Positions 18,985 through 32,368 of a stretch of 58,409 nt of DNA are shown piece after piece. Positions within the stretch are counted from its first letter, which is position 1, and each line of letters opens with the position of its first letter. Location of the stretch: assembly GCA_028873525.1 (NCBI GenBank), contig JAGWIM010000003.1, forward strand, positions 1 through 58,409, in the 5' to 3' direction. The notes under the pieces were generated by a model. The model had not been told where the DNA came from and searched no databases. It saw only the letters and a list, made by a program, of their open reading frames with translations. The translations under genes were made by a program, and so were the position numbers. This DNA is from Pseudomonadota bacterium. Its GTDB lineage: Bacteria; Pseudomonadota; Alphaproteobacteria; Rickettsiales; SXRF01.

Positions 18985-20164
18985 GGCGGTTCCTCTTGTT
19001 TCCTGCCCATCCTACGCCCGCCAGCGCGGCGGCACTGAAAAACGCGCCGGTGAAAAACGTTGCCGCCGGGCTGAGTTGTTCCCACATCTCGCCGGCAATA
19101 ACGCTGGCGGCCAGCATGGCGATGCCGCAGGCGAGGTTGTAGACGCCGTAGGCGGTGCCGCGTATGTGCGCCGGCGCGGTGTCCGTCACCATCGCCGCGA
19201 GCAAGCCTTGCGTAAATCCCATATGGAGCCCCCATAAGCTGACGCCGAGCGCCAGCCACCACAGATTATGGCCGAGGCCAAGCACCATATCGGCTGCCAG
19301 CAGGAAAGCAATACCCATCAGGAGCACCGCCTCGCGGCCAATGCGGTCCGACCATTTGCCCGTCGGGTAAGACGCCAGCGTATAGACAATGTTCATTACT
19401 ACCAGCGTCACCGGCACCCACGCCACCGGCAGCCCGTCCACCTGCGCCTTGAGGATGAGGAAAGCTTCGGAAAAACGCGCCAGCGTCAGCGCGGCGGCGG
19501 CGGCGACCAATTCCCAGTAAGCGCCGCCGGCGCGGCTTATGTCGCGGAGGCGCAGTTTCTCGCCGGTATGTTTCTTCGGCGCGGTTTCCGGCTCGCGGAC
19601 AAAGGCGGTCAGCAGCATCACCGCGATAAAAGCGGGGATGGCGGCGATCCACAGCACGGCGCGGATATGGTCGGCCAGCAGCAGCATGAAGAGAATCGCC
19701 AGCCCCGGCCCGATAACGGCGCCGATGGTGTCGAGCGACTGGCGCAGGCCGAAACAGGCGCCGCGGATGTCAGGCGGCGCAAGATCGCCGATCAGCGCGT
19801 CGCGCGGCGCGCCGCGGATGCCCTTACCGACGCGGTCGATGCAGCGCGCCAGCAGCACCGTCATCATGCTGTGCGCCAGCGGGAACAGCGGCTTGCTGGC
19901 GGCGGCGAGGCCGTAACCCATGAGCGCCAGCAGCTTGCGTTTGCCCAGCCAGTCGCTTAAAGCGCCGGAGAAAATGCGGGTGATGAGCGCCGTCGCCTCG
20001 GCGACGCCCTCGACAATGCCGAGCGACACGGCGCTGAGGCTCAGCGTGGTGATCATGAATACCGGCAGCAGGCTGTGGATCAACTCGGAGGAGCAGTCCA
20101 TGAACAGGCTGACGAAACCGAGCGCCCAGATGCTTTTTGGAATTTTACTCATTGTGTCAGCCAT
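18974..20164 (-). CDS. MFS transporter
   Basis: SGALSDWLGKRK and DRVGKGIRGAPRDALI motifs; 12-TM pattern. Confidence 0.92.
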   Translation of the reverse strand: MADTMSKIPKSIWALGFVSLFMDCSSELIHSLLPVFMITTLSLSAVSLGIVEGVAEATALITRIFSGALSDWLGKRKLLALMGYGLAAASKPLFPLAHSMMTVLLARCIDRVGKGIRGAPRDALIGDLAPPDIRGACFGLRQSLDTIGAVIGPGLAILFMLLLADHIRAVLWIAAIPAFIAVMLLTAFVREPETAPKKHTGEKLRLRDISRAGGAYWELVAAAAALTLARFSEAFLILKAQVDGLPVAWVPVTLVVMNIVYTLASYPTGKWSDRIGREAVLLMGIAFLLAADMVLGLGHNLWWLALGVSLWGLHMGFTQGLLAAMVTDTAPAHIRGTAYGVYNLACGIAMLAASVIAGEMWEQLSPAATFFTGAFFSAAALAGVGWAGNKRNRHAK

Positions 20165-20241
20165 AGCAAAGAATTGATGCGTTGACAAACCGGCGCGGAT
20201 TCACAATAAGGGGACAACATGACATTAAGGGGCGGAAACAT

Positions 20242-20313
20242 CAGGGGATGACCCGTAACCGGATGGCCGGGTTTTTCTGGTCATCAGGTTATCCGGTGAC
20301 GGGTCATCCGCTG
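20242..20313. repeat. long inverted repeat built of 7-8-mers in the ABC operon leader
   Basis: ggatgacccgtaaccggat ... atccggtgacgggtcatcc (18/19 complementary) around a T-rich loop. Confidence 0.8.
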
Positions 20314-20330
20314 TTATAGGGAGGACGGCC

Positions 20331-22109
20331 ATGCAATTTTCCGGCATTCCTGGACGCCTGATTCCGCGCATCGCCAACGTCGGCGTGATTCCGAAACCCG
20401 CACTCGGGCGCCAGCATCTTACTCGTTTCTGGTTCGACGCGCTGGCCTTCTCGCTGGTGCTGGCCTTCTTCGCTTATATTTCGTGGGGCATGAACGAAAT
20501 TTCGGCGCCGCTGACCCACCTGGCGCATACGCCGATCAGCCTTGACGTTCACCGGTTGCCTGAATATGCCATGCGGACGACGCTGCGGATGCTGATCGCG
20601 GTGGTGGTGTCGCTCGCCTTTACCCTCACCTATGCCACCGCTGCCGCCAAGAGTCGCAAGGCCGGGCAGATTCTGATTCCCTTGCTCGACATCCTGCAAT
20701 CGGTGCCGGTGCTGGGCTATATCTCCTTCACCGTTACCGGCTTCATCGCGCTTTTTCCCGGCAGTATGCTCGGCGTCGAATGCGCCGCCATTTTCGCCAT
20801 CTTCACCTCGCAGGCGTGGAACATGGCCTTCTCGCTGTACCAGTCGCTGAAAACCATCCCGCACGATATTGACGAGGCGGCATTCGTCTTCAAGCTCTCC
20901 GGCTGGCAGAAATTCTGGAAGATGGAACTGCCCTACGCCATGCCCGGCCTCATCTGGAACACCATGATGTCCATGTCGGGCGGCTGGTTTTTTGTCGTCG
21001 CTTCGGAAGCGATTACCGTCGGCAACCAGCATATCACGCTGCCCGGTGTAGGTTCCTATATCGCGCTGGCCATCGAGCGGCGCAATCTGCACGCCATCGG
21101 CTATGCCATCGCCGCCATGACGGTGGTGATTCTGCTTTATGACCAGTTGCTGTTTCGTCCGCTGGTGGCGTGGTCGGACAAATTCCGTTATGAAATGACG
21201 GCCGGCGGAGATGCGCCGCGTTCCTGGGTGTTGGAGCTGTTTACCCAAAGCCGCCGCGCGAAGCTACTGCTTATGCCATTCGGCTGGCTGGCCGAATGGG
21301 CGCTGCGCCTCAGGCTTTTCGTGCCGAAGGCCGCGCCTTCGCTGCAATTTTCGCCGCGCGAGGCGCGGCTCTTCGATTATCTCTGGTATGCGTTGCTGGC
21401 GCTGGTGGGAGTAGTGACGGCGCGGCACCTCGTCATCTTCCTTATGGCCAGCGTCAGCCTCAGTGATGCGCTGCAGGTGTCGTGGCTGGCGTTGCTGACC
21501 TTGACCCGCGTCGTCGTGCTGATTGCGCTGGCATCGCTCGTCTGGGTACCGCTCGGCATTTTGATCGGGCTTAATCACCGGCTGGCGCAGATGATTCAGC
21601 CGCTGGCGCAGTTCCTTGCCGCCTTTCCAGCCAACCTTTTATTTCCCGTGGCGGTGATGCTGATCAGCCGCTACGACCTCAATCCCGACATCTGGCTCAG
21701 CCCCTTGATGATACTGGGCACGCAGTGGTATATTTGTTTCAATGTCATCGCCGGCGCCTCGGCATTCCCGAATGATATGCGGGAGGCGGCGCGCAATTTC
21801 CGCGTGCATGGCTGGCTGTGGTGGAAAAAGGTGATGGTGCCGGGGGTGTTCCCGTATTTCCTCACCGGCGCGATTACGGCGTCGGGCGGCGCATGGAACG
21901 CCAGCATTGTCGCCGAGGCGGTGCAGTGGGGCGACAAGAGCTATACGGCCAAGGGACTCGGCGCGTATATTGCCGAGATGACGGCAGCCGGCGATTTCCC
22001 GCACATCGCGCTGGGCGTCGGCGCGATGGCGATCGTGGTGGTGATGTGCAATAAATTCTTCTGGCGGCCGCTGTATGACATGGCGGCGCGGAAGTTGAGG
22101 TTTGATTGA
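20331..22109 (+). CDS. NitT/TauT-family ABC permease with two BPD domains
   Basis: [11 protein letters not shown] and duplicated EAA loops; GGAGGA RBS. Confidence 0.92.
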   Translation: MQFSGIPGRLIPRIANVGVIPKPALGRQHLTRFWFDALAFSLVLAFFAYISWGMNEISAPLTHLAHTPISLDVHRLPEYAMRTTLRMLIAVVVSLAFTLTYATAAAKSRKAGQILIPLLDILQSVPVLGYISFTVTGFIALFPGSMLGVECAAIFAIFTSQAWNMAFSLYQSLKTIPHDIDEAAFVFKLSGWQKFWKMELPYAMPGLIWNTMMSMSGGWFFVVASEAITVGNQHITLPGVGSYIALAIERRNLHAIGYAIAAMTVVILLYDQLLFRPLVAWSDKFRYEMTAGGDAPRSWVLELFTQSRRAKLLLMPFGWLAEWALRLRLFVPKAAPSLQFSPREARLFDYLWYALLALVGVVTARHLVIFLMASVSLSDALQVSWLALLTLTRVVVLIALASLVWVPLGILIGLNHRLAQMIQPLAQFLAAFPANLLFPVAVMLISRYDLNPDIWLSPLMILGTQWYICFNVIAGASAFPNDMREAARNFRVHGWLWWKKVMVPGVFPYFLTGAITASGGAWNASIVAEAVQWGDKSYTAKGLGAYIAEMTAAGDFPHIALGVGAMAIVVVMCNKFFWRPLYDMAARKLRFD

Positions 22110-22110
22110 T

Positions 22111-23412
22111 ATGGAAAACGCACTGCTCAGTCTTGACCATGTTTCGCAGATGTTCAAGCGGTCGGAGGGGCGTGACCTCAAGGTGCTTGATGATGTCAAC
22201 CTCTCGCTGAAAGAGGGCGAGATTGTAGGATTGCTCGGCAAGTCCGGCTCCGGAAAATCCACCTTGCTTCGCATCGTCGCCGGCCTGATTGCGCCGTCCT
22301 CCGGCAGCGTTGTCCACAGCAGTGCAGGGGTGGCCGACGGGCAACTCAGCATTGCCATGGTGTTCCAGACTTTCGCGTTGTTCCCGTGGCTCACCGTGCT
22401 GGAGAACGTCGAACTGGGGCTGGAGGCGCTCGGCGTTCCAAGCAAGGAAATGCGGAAGCGTGCGCTGGCCGCCATCGACCTCATCGGCCTCGACGGCTAC
22501 GAATCGGCCTTCCCGCGGGAGCTTTCCGGCGGCATGAAGCAGCGCGTCGGCTTCGCGCGGGCGCTGGTCGTCAACCCGCAGATATTGCTGATGGACGAGC
22601 CGTTCTCGGCGCTCGACGTGCTGACCGCCGAAACGCTCAAAACCGATTTCCTCGATTTGTGGCTTGAACACAAAGTGCCGCTTAAAAGCGTGCTGCTGGT
22701 GACGCACAACATCGAAGAAGCGGTGGTGATGTCCGACCGCATCCTGGTATTCGCTTCCAACCCCGGGCGCATCTTGTCGGAAATCAAGGTCGACCTGCCG
22801 CACCCGCGTGATCGCCAGTCGATGGCGTTTCGCATCATGGTCGACCAGATTTACACGCTGATGACCTCCGGCATGGCAAAGCCCGGTGCCGCCATTGCCG
22901 AAAAATCCGCCGAAGGCACGCTCTACGACAAATTACCGCGCGTCTCGCCCAACCAGATATCGGGCCTGGTCGAAGCGCTGGCCGAGGCGCCGTATCACGG
23001 CCAAGCCGATCTGCCGGCGCTTGACCAGGCACTGGGCCTCGGCACCGAGGACGTGCTGCATCTTGTCGAGGCGCTCAGGATGCTTAAATTCGCCGAGGTC
23101 TCAAGCGGCGACGTCAAACTTACCGCCGCCGGCAAAATGTTCGCCGACGCCGGGACGCAGAAGCGCAAGATGATTTTCGCCGAGCATCTGATTCAGAGCA
23201 TCCCGCTGGCGGCGTTTGTGTATCGTGTGTTGCAAAGCCGCCCCGGGCATCACGCGCCGCGTATCCGCTTCATGACGCAGCTTGAGGACCATATGGCGGA
23301 AGAGGATGCCGAGGAAGCGCTGTCGGCGGTGACGAGTTGGGGGCGCTACGCCGAGCTGTTTGCATATGATGACAATGCGGAGACCTACAGCTTAGAGAAT
23401 CCTTCGGCATAA
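22111..23412 (+). CDS. nitrate/sulfonate/bicarbonate ABC ATPase with C-terminal AAA-associated domain
   Basis: [25 protein letters not shown] and WGRYAELF motifs. Confidence 0.92.
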   Translation: MENALLSLDHVSQMFKRSEGRDLKVLDDVNLSLKEGEIVGLLGKSGSGKSTLLRIVAGLIAPSSGSVVHSSAGVADGQLSIAMVFQTFALFPWLTVLENVELGLEALGVPSKEMRKRALAAIDLIGLDGYESAFPRELSGGMKQRVGFARALVVNPQILLMDEPFSALDVLTAETLKTDFLDLWLEHKVPLKSVLLVTHNIEEAVVMSDRILVFASNPGRILSEIKVDLPHPRDRQSMAFRIMVDQIYTLMTSGMAKPGAAIAEKSAEGTLYDKLPRVSPNQISGLVEALAEAPYHGQADLPALDQALGLGTEDVLHLVEALRMLKFAEVSSGDVKLTAAGKMFADAGTQKRKMIFAEHLIQSIPLAAFVYRVLQSRPGHHAPRIRFMTQLEDHMAEEDAEEALSAVTSWGRYAELFAYDDNAETYSLENPSA

Positions 23413-23672
23413 CCGTGGGGGCATTTTTGTGGCATTCTATCCCGAATAAAAAATACCATACAGACCAGAAGCTGATGAAGGAGCATGCGCCAGGCGGCAC
23501 TGCGGACCACCGGCAAAGGCTGGATGGGATGACGCGCTTACTCGCCCGGAATCAAAAGATAATGCTCACCTGGGAACCGGCTGATTCTATCCATGCGCCC
23601 GGACAGGTTATTGCAAAAGGCTACGCGCGTTCTGGAAGTCTCCCCGGTCGCTAAATTCGGATAGAATCCCCC

Positions 23673-23701
23673 TTGCCAACCCTGCCGGGCTGCGCTACAT
23701 A
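23673..23701 (+). promoter_or_regulatory. putative promoter for the cold-shock gene
   Basis: TTGCCA-17 nt-TACATA. Confidence 0.35.
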
Positions 23702-23765
23702 CTCCTGCTGGCGTTGCCGGTTGGCGGCGTTTTATCCATCACTACTGTAATAAGGAGTTAAGGCA

Positions 23766-23969
23766 ATGGCGACTGGCACAGTCAAATGGTACAACCCGGC
23801 GAAGCGTTTTGGGTTCATCAAACCGGATGACGATACGCAGGATGTATTCGTGCATGTTTCGGCGCTGGAGGCGGCGGGCTTGATGACGCTAGATGAGGGT
23901 CAGCGCGTTTCATACGACCTGGCGGAGAACAAGGGCAAAAGCTCGGCGGCCAATCTGAAGCTGATATAA
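23766..23969 (+). CDS. cspA: cold-shock protein
   Basis: GTVKWYN..KRFGFI and DVFVHVSAL motifs. Confidence 0.95.
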   Translation: MATGTVKWYNPAKRFGFIKPDDDTQDVFVHVSALEAAGLMTLDEGQRVSYDLAENKGKSSAANLKLI

Positions 23970-23980
23970 TACTACTGAAT

Positions 23981-24142
23981 TTTCTCCTCTCCCTTGATGG
24001 GAGGGGGCGAATTTTGTTAGCGAATGCAATGAGCTTACAAAATTCGGGAGAGGGTGATCTTTACCCCTCACCCGGTTTTCCTAAGACTTGCTGACGCAAG
24101 ACTTAAGGGAAGCCTCCCTCTCCCGCAAGGGAAGAGGGGAAA
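23981..24142. repeat. composite PSP-family doublet with two internal hairpins, upstream of typA
   Basis: tttctcctctccc-ttgat-gggagg ... ctctccc-gcaa-gggaagaggggaaa; internal stems 24008-24046 and 24074-24114. Confidence 0.88.
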
Positions 24143-24149
24143 TGACATT

Positions 24150-25970
24150 ATGACCGAACTTCGCAACATTGCCATCATCGCCCACGTTGACCACGGGAAG
24201 ACGACGCTGATTGACCAGATGCTGCGCCAGAGCGGTACGTTCCGCGTCGGCCAGCAAGTCGCCGAATGCGTCATGGATTCCGGCGACATCGAGCGCGAGC
24301 GCGGCATCACCATCCTTGCCAAATGCACGTCGGTGAAGCGCGGCGACATCCGCATCAACATCGTCGATACGCCGGGACACGCCGATTTTGGCGGCGAGGT
24401 GGAGCGTGTGCTCTCGATGGTCGATGGCGCGTTGCTGCTCGTCGATGCCGCCGAAGGGCCGCTGCCGCAAACCAAATTCGTGCTTGGCAAAGCGTTGAAA
24501 CTTGGCCTTCGCCCGATTGTAGTTATCAACAAGGTAGACCGCGGCGATGCCCGCCCCGATGCGGTGGCCAACGAAGTGTTCGACCTGTTCGCGGCGCTCG
24601 ATGCCAGCGAGGCGCAGCTCGATTTCCCCATCGTTTATGCATCGGGCCGTGACGGCTGGGCGGCGGAATCGCTCGCCGCGCCACGCGAGAACCTCGATCC
24701 GTTGTTCGACCTCATTATCCGCCACGTCGAAGCGCCGGACGCCGATCCCGAAGCGGCTTTTTCGATGCTGGTGTCAATTCTGGAATATGATTCTTATTTA
24801 GGCCGCATCCTCACCGGGCGCATCTATAGCGGCACGGCGCAGGTCGGCATGCCGATCAAGTCGCTCTCGCTCGACGGCAGGCAGATAGAGCAGGGGCGGC
24901 TGACCAAGCTGCTGGCGTTCGACGGCATCAAGCGCGTGCCGGTGGAAAAAGCGGTGGCCGGTGACATTGTCGCCGTGGCCGGGCTGGAGAAAACCTCGGT
25001 GGCTGACACCATAGGCGATTTGACGGTGACCGGCGCTGTGCCCTCCACGCCCATCGACCCGCCGACGATGGCGATTACGATTTCGGTCAACGATTCACCG
25101 CTGGCCGGACAGGAAGGCAGCAAGGTGACCAGCCGCATGATCCGCGACCGGTTGTTCAAGGAAGCCGAGGGCAACGTGGCTATCCGCGTGAGCGAGGCCG
25201 AATCCAAGGACGCATTCGAGGTGGCGGGGCGCGGCGAGTTGCAGCTTGGCGTGCTGATTGAAACCATGCGGCGCGAAGGCTTCGAGCTTTCGGTGTCGCG
25301 GCCGCGCGTGCTGTTTAAGGAAGAAGACGGCGCCAAAATGGAGCCGATCGAGGAAGTCGTCATTGATGTGGATGACGAGCATACCGGCATTGTGGTGGAC
25401 AAAATTTCACAGAGAAAGGGCGAGATGGTGGATATGCGCCCGTCCGGCGGTCACAAAACCCGCATCGTGTTTTATGTGCCGTCGCGCGGGCTTATCGGCT
25501 ACCAGGGCGAGTTTTTAACCGACACGCGCGGTACCGGCGTCATCAACCGGTTGTTCCACGGCTATGCGCCCACCAAGGGCGATATTGAAGGCAGGCGCAA
25601 CGGCGCGCTGATTTCGACCGACAAGGGCGAAGCGGTTGCCTACGCCATCTGGCAATTGCAGGAGCGTGGCAAGATGTTCATCAACCCGGGCGACAAGGTG
25701 TACGAGGGCATGATCGTGGGCGAACATTCCCGCGACAACGACCTTGAAATCAACGTGCTGAAGGAAAAGCAGCTCACCAACATCCGCACCAAGGCGGCCG
25801 ACGAGGCCATTCGCCTCATTCCGCCGCTTCGCATGACGCTCGAGCAGATGATTTCCTACATCCAGGACGACGAACTGGTGGAAGTGACGCCGAAGTCGCT
25901 CCGCCTGCGCAAGAGCGCGCTCGACGCCAATGAGCGGAAGAAATTGAGTCGGGCGAAGAAGGCGAGTTAA
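24150..25970 (+). CDS. typA: translational GTPase TypA/BipA
   Basis: [30 protein letters not shown] and GRGELQL motifs. Confidence 0.98.
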   Translation: MTELRNIAIIAHVDHGKTTLIDQMLRQSGTFRVGQQVAECVMDSGDIERERGITILAKCTSVKRGDIRINIVDTPGHADFGGEVERVLSMVDGALLLVDAAEGPLPQTKFVLGKALKLGLRPIVVINKVDRGDARPDAVANEVFDLFAALDASEAQLDFPIVYASGRDGWAAESLAAPRENLDPLFDLIIRHVEAPDADPEAAFSMLVSILEYDSYLGRILTGRIYSGTAQVGMPIKSLSLDGRQIEQGRLTKLLAFDGIKRVPVEKAVAGDIVAVAGLEKTSVADTIGDLTVTGAVPSTPIDPPTMAITISVNDSPLAGQEGSKVTSRMIRDRLFKEAEGNVAIRVSEAESKDAFEVAGRGELQLGVLIETMRREGFELSVSRPRVLFKEEDGAKMEPIEEVVIDVDDEHTGIVVDKISQRKGEMVDMRPSGGHKTRIVFYVPSRGLIGYQGEFLTDTRGTGVINRLFHGYAPTKGDIEGRRNGALISTDKGEAVAYAIWQLQERGKMFINPGDKVYEGMIVGEHSRDNDLEINVLKEKQLTNIRTKAADEAIRLIPPLRMTLEQMISYIQDDELVEVTPKSLRLRKSALDANERKKLSRAKKAS

Positions 25971-25971
25971 T

Positions 25972-26051
25972 TCGTCATTCCCGCGAAGGCGGGGGTCTAC
26001 TCGCATTAATTTTATATAGCAGACGGCTTCCTGCCCACGCGGGGATGACGA
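25972..26051. repeat. CGTC-tagged REP-like doublet, intergenic
   Basis: tcgtcattcccgcgaaggcggg ... cctgcccacgcggggatgacga. Confidence 0.9.
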
Positions 26052-26096
26052 TTGTACGCCCTTGTGGTGTAACTCTTTGCACCTTATATATAAACC

Positions 26097-28111
<2,015 letters not shown>

Positions 28112-28115
<4 letters not shown>

Positions 28116-29530
28116 TGATTCAAGCCTTCCGCCGAATATTCCGAGGGCACGTAGTGGCCGCGGCGGGCCAGGCGTTCGGTCATGATGGTGTTTTTCATCA
28201 GCAGCGCCGAGATAAAAAACGACGTTGAGCAGGAAAGCAGCAACGGCAGCAGGCTGTTGAACTGGCGGGTGGTTTCAAACGCGAAGATGATGGAGGCAAA
28301 AATCGCCCGCGACGCGCCGGCGAAGCAACTGGCCATGCCGACCAGTGCGGCGACGCGCAAGTCGATACCGGCGGTTGGAAAGAGGTTCGATAGCAATTCG
28401 CCCGTTATCACGCCGATGCCGCCGCCGATGGCAAAAATCGGTGCCAGCGTGCCGCCAGAGGTGCCGCTGCCCAGCGCAATCGACCAGGAGAGGAATTTAA
28501 GAAAACAGAATGTCGCCAGCGCCACGCCGACAAATTTTCCGCTTAGGATTTCATCAATCATGTTATAACCGACGCCAAGCGTGTCGGGAGAAAATACGCC
28601 GATAATGCCGACGGCCACAGCGCCCACTGCCGGCGCCCACATCCAGTGAATAGGAAGATGCTCGAACAGGTCTTCGATGACATAGACCGATTTGGCGATG
28701 ATGACGGCGCAAAGCCCCAGCACGCTGCCTTCCAGTGCATAAGCAAGCAGGGCTGATTGCGACGCGACGGGAATATCCGAGAACGCAAACATTGCTCCGG
28801 TTCCGAAAAATACCGGCCGCAACGCCATCGCCGTGGCGGCAGCGAAGGCAACAGGGATAAAGGAGCGTGGGCGGAACTCAAACAGCAGCAGTTCGATTGC
28901 CAGCAAGACAGCGGAAATCGGGCTGCCGAAAATCGCCGTCATGCCGGCGGCGGCACCCGCTGCCAGTAAGGTTTTGCGTTCGGCGGGAGTAACATGAATA
29001 AGCTGTCCAATTAATGATCCCAGTGCGCCGCCGGTGGCGATGATGGGGCCTTCAGCGCCGAACGGGCCGCCGGTGCCGATGGCAATCGCCGCCGACAGCG
29101 GCTTTAAGAAGGTGATGCGGATGGGGATGTTACTGTCGTTGGTAAGGATTTGTTCCATCGCTTCCGGGATGCCGTGGCCACGGATGGCTTTCGAGCCGTA
29201 GCGCGCCATGATGCCGACGATGACAGCGCCGATCACCGGCACGGCGATGACCCAGTAGCCCAGATGATTGCCGGCGGGCGAGGTTAACGCGCCGGAGAAA
29301 TGGCCATAAAAGGCGATGTTGGTGATCAGCCGAATCAGATAGAGCAGCCCCTTGGCTATGGGCGTTGCCAGCACGGCGATGCCGATGGAAAGCAGGATGA
29401 TAAACGGCGAGCGGCGGTCCAGCACCGTGCGGTGCTGTTTAATGTTAGCCTGCTCGATGGCGGCGCCGAGTGACGGCGAGACCGGAAGTCCGGCGGTGGT
29501 CGAGGCTTTCTCTACTTCATGGTTATTCAT
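28112..29530 (-). CDS. ClC family chloride channel/antiporter
   Basis: GHGIPE, GAEGP and GTSGGTLAP signatures. Confidence 0.92.
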
Positions 29531-30672
29531 ATCTCTTCTATGACAACCTTTCCCGTCGTTGCATCGAGCGATAATTTCAACTTTCCCTCCAGCAGCGCCT
29601 CGGCTTTTTGGCCGAAGATGTCGTAGCGCCAGCCGTGCATGGCGGGCGTATCCTGCTTCAGCGCGATGGCCTCGAGGTCGTCCTTACCCGCGATGATGCT
29701 GGCGGCGATGCCCTCGGCGTCGGCGGTGACTTTGAGCAGCATCTGCAGCATCGGCAGCGCGGCGGTGACGTTCTCCGGCGGCCGGTGGTGGCGCGGCACC
29801 TGCGGATAGTCGGCAGGCGGCAGCGCCAGCGCCGCCTCGACGCATTGCAGAATGGCCGCAACCTTCGCGCCCGACAGGTGCCGGTCCATGCCGCGCATCC
29901 GGCTCAAATCATTTTCCTTGCGCGGCAGCGCGGCGGCGAGTTCCACCAGCGTTTCGTCTTTGACGATGCGCCCGCGCGGCACGTCGGCCTTGCGTGCCTC
30001 GGTTTCGCGCCAGCGTGCCAGCTCGCGCAATGCCGCGAGATGTTTGGGGCGCATGTTACCGAAGCGCAAGCGCTTCCAGGCGTCGTTCGGATCGGCGTTA
30101 TAAATCGCCGGGTCGGTGAGCCGCGCGTGTTCCTCCATGATCCAGCCCATGCGCCCCATCGCTTCGATTTTGTTTTTCAGGTCTTCGTAGATGGTGCACA
30201 GATGCGTGACGTCGGAGAGCGCGTATTTCAGTTGCTTTTCGGACAGCGGCCGCGCCGACCAGTCAGTGAAGCGCGAGCTTTTATCAATCTCGGCGCCGGC
30301 GATTTTATTCACCAGCGATTCATAACTCGCCGATTCGCCGTAGCCGCAGACAGCGGCGGCAATCTGCGTGTCAAAGATGGGGGCGGGGATGTGGCCCGAC
30401 AGTAGGTGGAAAATCTCGATGTCTTGCCGCGCCGCGTGGAAGACCTTGGTGAGCGATTTTTTCTGCATCAGCGCGAAGACGGGCTTAAGGTCGAGGCCGG
30501 GAGCCAGCGGATCGATGATGGCAGCCTCGCCTTGGCCTGCGATCTGCAGCAGGCAGAGTTTCGGGAAATAGGTTTTGTCGCGCAGGAATTCGGTATCGAC
30601 GGTGATGTAATGCCCGCCCTCGACGGCGGCGCAGAATTTTTTAAGTTCCGCTTCGGAGGTGATGGGAGTCAT
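29527..30672 (-). CDS. rnd: ribonuclease D
   Basis: VDTEF, FHAARQD, DTQ, TDWSARPL, YALSDV motifs; HRDC domain. Confidence 0.96.
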   Translation of the reverse strand: MTPITSEAELKKFCAAVEGGHYITVDTEFLRDKTYFPKLCLLQIAGQGEAAIIDPLAPGLDLKPVFALMQKKSLTKVFHAARQDIEIFHLLSGHIPAPIFDTQIAAAVCGYGESASYESLVNKIAGAEIDKSSRFTDWSARPLSEKQLKYALSDVTHLCTIYEDLKNKIEAMGRMGWIMEEHARLTDPAIYNADPNDAWKRLRFGNMRPKHLAALRELARWRETEARKADVPRGRIVKDETLVELAAALPRKENDLSRMRGMDRHLSGAKVAAILQCVEAALALPPADYPQVPRHHRPPENVTAALPMLQMLLKVTADAEGIAASIIAGKDDLEAIALKQDTPAMHGWRYDIFGQKAEALLEGKLKLSLDATTGKVVIEEI

Positions 30673-30673
30673 T

Positions 30674-30780
30674 TGTCATCCCCGCGCAGGCGGGGATCCA
30701 GCAAAGCGCCATGGGCGCGGTATGGTTCTTTCTGCGCCGCAGACGCGGCGCACTGGATTCCCGCTTTCGCGGGAATGACA
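30674..30780. repeat. CGTC-family REP doublet with internal hairpin, abutting the rnd start
   Basis: tgtcatccccgcgcaggcggggatccag ... ctggattcccgctttcgcgggaatgaca. Confidence 0.92.
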
Positions 30781-30842
30781 GTAAGGGAACAAGCAACCAT
30801 GCCGGAGTTATAATGACCCGGCGGCGGAAAGGCCAGCGCTAA

Positions 30843-32252
30843 TCAGCGGCTGGCCGCTGCACCCGCGCCGGCTAGAGCGGCGGCCAAATTTGCGTTGATT
30901 TCGGTTTTTGGCAGAGCGGCGCCGAGCTGCGTCGTATCGGCGATGATTTGGTTGGCGATGGCGGCCGCTTCGCCTGCCGTAGTGGTGACGTTATCCCCCA
31001 CTGCCGCCGTAGCGGTGCAGGTGGCGGTGGCGATGGCAGGGGCCTCGGCCACTGGTGCCGATAAAGCTGCCAATCCTTCCAACATTGACGTCAGTTGTTT
31101 CTCCGTCAGAGATAATCGCATTTCTACGGTATCGTGAGTTTTTGAATCTTTGATGAGTTCAGGCGTTGTTAAATTACGTTCCTTGAATATTTCCGAACTG
31201 AGAATTTTATCGAAGGCTTCTTTTTTGTCGGGATGTTCCGGAAGAATGCGAGCGAATTCCTTGGCGATAGCCGTTTTAAGATCCATCCTACCCGCGACCA
31301 GAGGGAATATCGCCACCGGCTTTTTATCTTTACCAAAAAAGAAGGAACGGGCTATCGCTTTGTGCAATTGCGGATGCGGGTCTTTCTCCGTTATCATATC
31401 TTTCAGGCCATGTAACGGATTAGTGGCACGCAAGGCATCGGCGTTATCAGGCTCTTTAGGGTTATGCGCCTCTTTCACATTGGCGAATGCTGCGATTTGT
31501 TCAGGTGAGCGAATGGTAACAGTAACATGAGCGCTCCAATTCCCGCCGTCATTATTTACAGTAATTTCCAGCTTGGCCATATTGGCGCGCGCATTTTCCA
31601 GTGCCTGTTTTATTTCCGCTTCATTTTTGCCCGCGGCTTTGAGGTTCATTTCCGTATATTTTACGACGCGATCAGTGAGCAGCAGTTTTATTTCAGGCAA
31701 ACGCTGTTTAATGTCGGCTATGAGCTTTTCAGCCAGGGGCTTAGGATCGCTATCTTTGTCGATTGGGATAGACAGGCCAAATTTAAAACCGTAAGAGGAG
31801 CTATTTACATAACTGAGCGCATGTTTTTTATGGGAAGCGCCCCACCCTTTCTTGACAATTTCAGGCTTTAGAACGGGGGGCTCATCAATGAACGCACGAT
31901 TGAAATCGGTACCGGAAATAGCTGCGTTAATATCCTTGACTAGTGATTCGACTACCGTTTCTTCCGGCGTCCATTGCGCAACCGCTTTCATGGGTGCAAG
32001 CGCGCCCAGCTTTTCCTTTACTTCCGCTTTGATGGTTTCCGGTTTGAGGTCACTGTCCGGTACGCGCAGGGTGAGTACGAAATTCGTGTATTTTTCATCA
32101 TCGGTGCCGATTTCTCTTACAACATAACTCCTGTTGTTTACTTCATCTCCGGTAGTGATGTTTACGGATTCCGGCGTTATGTCAAATGCATTGGCAATGA
32201 CAGCTTCGGACTGTTTTATCCGCGGATCAGCTTGGTAAGTGTCAGCACTCAT
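30843..32252 (-). CDS. hypothetical protein (469 aa orphan, Ala-rich C-terminus)
   Basis: Long ORF, GGGAG RBS, upstream promoter-like elements. Confidence 0.82.
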   Translation of the reverse strand: MSADTYQADPRIKQSEAVIANAFDITPESVNITTGDEVNNRSYVVREIGTDDEKYTNFVLTLRVPDSDLKPETIKAEVKEKLGALAPMKAVAQWTPEETVVESLVKDINAAISGTDFNRAFIDEPPVLKPEIVKKGWGASHKKHALSYVNSSSYGFKFGLSIPIDKDSDPKPLAEKLIADIKQRLPEIKLLLTDRVVKYTEMNLKAAGKNEAEIKQALENARANMAKLEITVNNDGGNWSAHVTVTIRSPEQIAAFANVKEAHNPKEPDNADALRATNPLHGLKDMITEKDPHPQLHKAIARSFFFGKDKKPVAIFPLVAGRMDLKTAIAKEFARILPEHPDKKEAFDKILSSEIFKERNLTTPELIKDSKTHDTVEMRLSLTEKQLTSMLEGLAALSAPVAEAPAIATATCTATAAVGDNVTTTAGEAAAIANQIIADTTQLGAALPKTEINANLAAALAGAGAAASR

Positions 32253-32294
32253 AATAAAATCTCCCTATCGGTTGTACACCTTAAATAATGCTCT

Positions 32295-32341
32295 ACTTTA
32301 ACCTCTATAAGTCCCCAAGCCAAATTACAGTTTCATGACAA
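32295..32341 (-). promoter_or_regulatory. Pho-box-like direct repeat plus sigma70-like promoter
   Basis: TTGTCAT-GAAA-CTGTAAT followed directly by TTGGCT-17 nt-TAAAGT. Confidence 0.65.
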
Positions 32342-32368
32342 TTCGCCGACTGATTGCATTACAATAGC

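Noticed and set aside
23415-23654. 79-aa ORF after the ABC ATPase
   Set aside because: GTG start without RBS and no recognisable motif; cannot support as a gene.
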